This document shows, in pieces, positions 62,503 through 64,000 of a DNA stretch of 64,000 nucleotides. This stretch comes from Octopus vulgaris (lineage: Eukaryota). A model generated the notes under the pieces. It was not told the DNA's origin. It saw nothing but the letters and a program-made list of their open reading frames with translations, and did not search any database. Both the position numbers and the translations under genes were made by a program. Within the stretch, counting starts at the first letter, position 1, and each line of letters opens with the position of its first letter. The stretch is taken from assembly GCA_951406725.2 (NCBI GenBank), contig OX597816.1, positions 154,132,001 through 154,196,000 on the forward strand. The letters run 5' to 3'.

Positions 62503-63072
62503 ACGACTGGCTGAATGTGATTGGGAAGCAAGCTTATAGGCACAGGCATGGCTGTGTAGTATGTAGGAAAAAAATAATCAAAGAATTTAAGAATAAAAGA
62601 AGCACATATAGAAAGTCAGTGGAGGCTACAGATTAACTGTAAAATATTTGTTGCACGTGTCAGTAGTGAAAGTAAAGTATTTTTTAAGAAAAAGATTATT
62701 GGAAAATCGTATATTAGACTGTAGGAAAGAGTATGCATGTATATACATTTATATAAATTAATAAGAACAGAGATTTATATATCCAGTTTTATTCTGCTGT
62801 TAATCACATCTTTCCATTTCTGTACCTACTTATGTTTTTGCTGCAATTTATGTACTTTGCAAAATTTTGCATTTTGGTATTAATTACCACTTGTTCAGGG
62901 TGCTATTAACAGCGTTTCAGATCCTATCTGGATAGTAGAATAAACTAACTGGAGTTTTTCTACACTCACAAAGGTTAGCCAGCATTAACCAGTAAAAGTG
63001 AATATGGTACCTGCTAATCCCTACCAACCTAATTTGGAAATTTACATATATATATATATATATGTATATATA

Positions 63073-63422
63073 CTAGCAGCTAAGCCTGGTTTCACCCGGT
63101 CGGTTTGGGTGATGTGGCTGTAAAACCTGCTCTGTGTAAGCATTTGACTTGTTTGGGCATACTTATGTTAAAAAACAATTGTAAAATGACTTTTTTTTTG
63201 TCAAAACGCCAACCAAGTATGACATCACCCCTTCCTTTCTCATTCATAAACATAAGAGTGTTATTATAGTTGATTATCTCGGTGACTATGGGAGCTATGA
63301 AAAAAATACAAAGCCCAGCATCACCACCGGATCATTCTACACATCCGTAATTTTTCACGCAATTCCATCCAGCCATTTGACCATGAATCCCAAGACAAGA
63401 AAAAATCACCCATGTCAAATTT
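63073..63422 (-). mobile_element. Non-autonomous Helitron (3' part)
   Basis: Minus strand ends ACCGGGTGAAACCAGGC hairpin, TTAGCTG, CTAG|T; inserted next to a (TA)n tract. Confidence 0.7.
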
Positions 63423-63442
63423 AAATGTGTGTGTGTGTGTAT

Positions 63443-63751
63443 ATCACGTGATCACGTGACTGACTAGACCATCAGATGTTGCTACACATCGCTGGTCACA
63501 ATGCGTTCGCATTGTTTTAGCCTTCGAATGATGCCACCCTGCTGGCTAAGCGAGCAGGCCAACATAAGAAAGAATGAGAGAAAGTTGCGGCGAAAGAGTA
63601 CAGCAGGGGTCACCACCACCCTCTGCCGGAGCCTCGGGGATCTTTTAGGTGTTTTCGCTCAATAAACACACACAACGCCTGGTCTGGGAATTGAAACCGC
63701 GATCCTATGACCGCGAGTCCGCTGCCCTAGCCACTGGGCCATTGCACCTCC
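63443..63751 (-). mobile_element. Young tRNA-derived SINE with (CACGTGAT)n tail
   Basis: Head GGAGGTGCAATGGCCCAGTGGCTAGGGC (A box) and GGTTTCAATTCCC (B box); CpG-rich body; tail TCACGTGATCACGTGAT. Confidence 0.8.
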
Positions 63752-63808
63752 GTGTATATATATATATACAAACAAATATATATATATATATATATACAAA
63801 CAAATATA

Positions 63809-63850
<42 letters not shown>

Positions 63851-64000
63851 AATTTATTTAAATATTGATCTTATCAAGTGGCCAGCATGGGAATAAAAAC
63901 CTTCAAAGGTAATAATTATTATTAAAATTATAATTTAGGATGTCTAAGAGATACCACCACGCTGGAAATACCAGCCAAATCTTGACTCTAAAACCACAAT

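Noticed and set aside
62770-62910. Hydrophobic plus-strand frame as candidate senju exon 3
   Set aside because: Lacks the expected Y.VPA.LY..YNNL motif and a convincing acceptor; exon 3 is probably beyond the window.
63680-63751. tRNA-like sequence on the minus strand
   Set aside because: A and B boxes are present, but the acceptor and anticodon stems do not close and it continues into a repeat body and tail; it is a SINE head.

Overview
Eukaryotic, AT-rich and very repeat-dense DNA. The repeat complement (RTE LINEs with (GAT)n tails, several tRNA-derived SINE families, Penelope-like elements, many microsatellites) looks like an Octopus/coleoid cephalopod genome; this is an inference. Two spliced protein-coding genes, largely missed by the ORF track, lie head-to-head about 27 kb apart. 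(1) FAM185A-like on the minus strand: coding exons 3845-3516, 2691-2397 and 237-128, with GT-AG introns whose phases join correctly; it continues off the left edge. (2) A senju/SLC35A-family nucleotide-sugar transporter on the plus strand: coding exons 31147-31234 and 60370-60487, separated by a 29.1-kb first intron; it continues off the right edge and has an 18-codon upstream ORF. Most of the rest is decayed transposable elements: RTE, CR1/L2-group and R4/Dong-like LINEs, three Penelope-like remnants, mariners, Helitrons, hAT/piggyBac/Merlin-like MITEs and SINEs. The most unusual recurrent signal is a set of five hammerhead-ribozyme-like motifs, one nearly intact (43628-43714, minus) and four truncated or decayed. 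Four have greatly extended stem II hairpins, and several sit in inverted-repeat Penelope-like structures. Protein family calls come from remembered motif similarity, not database searches, and most repeat boundaries are approximate.
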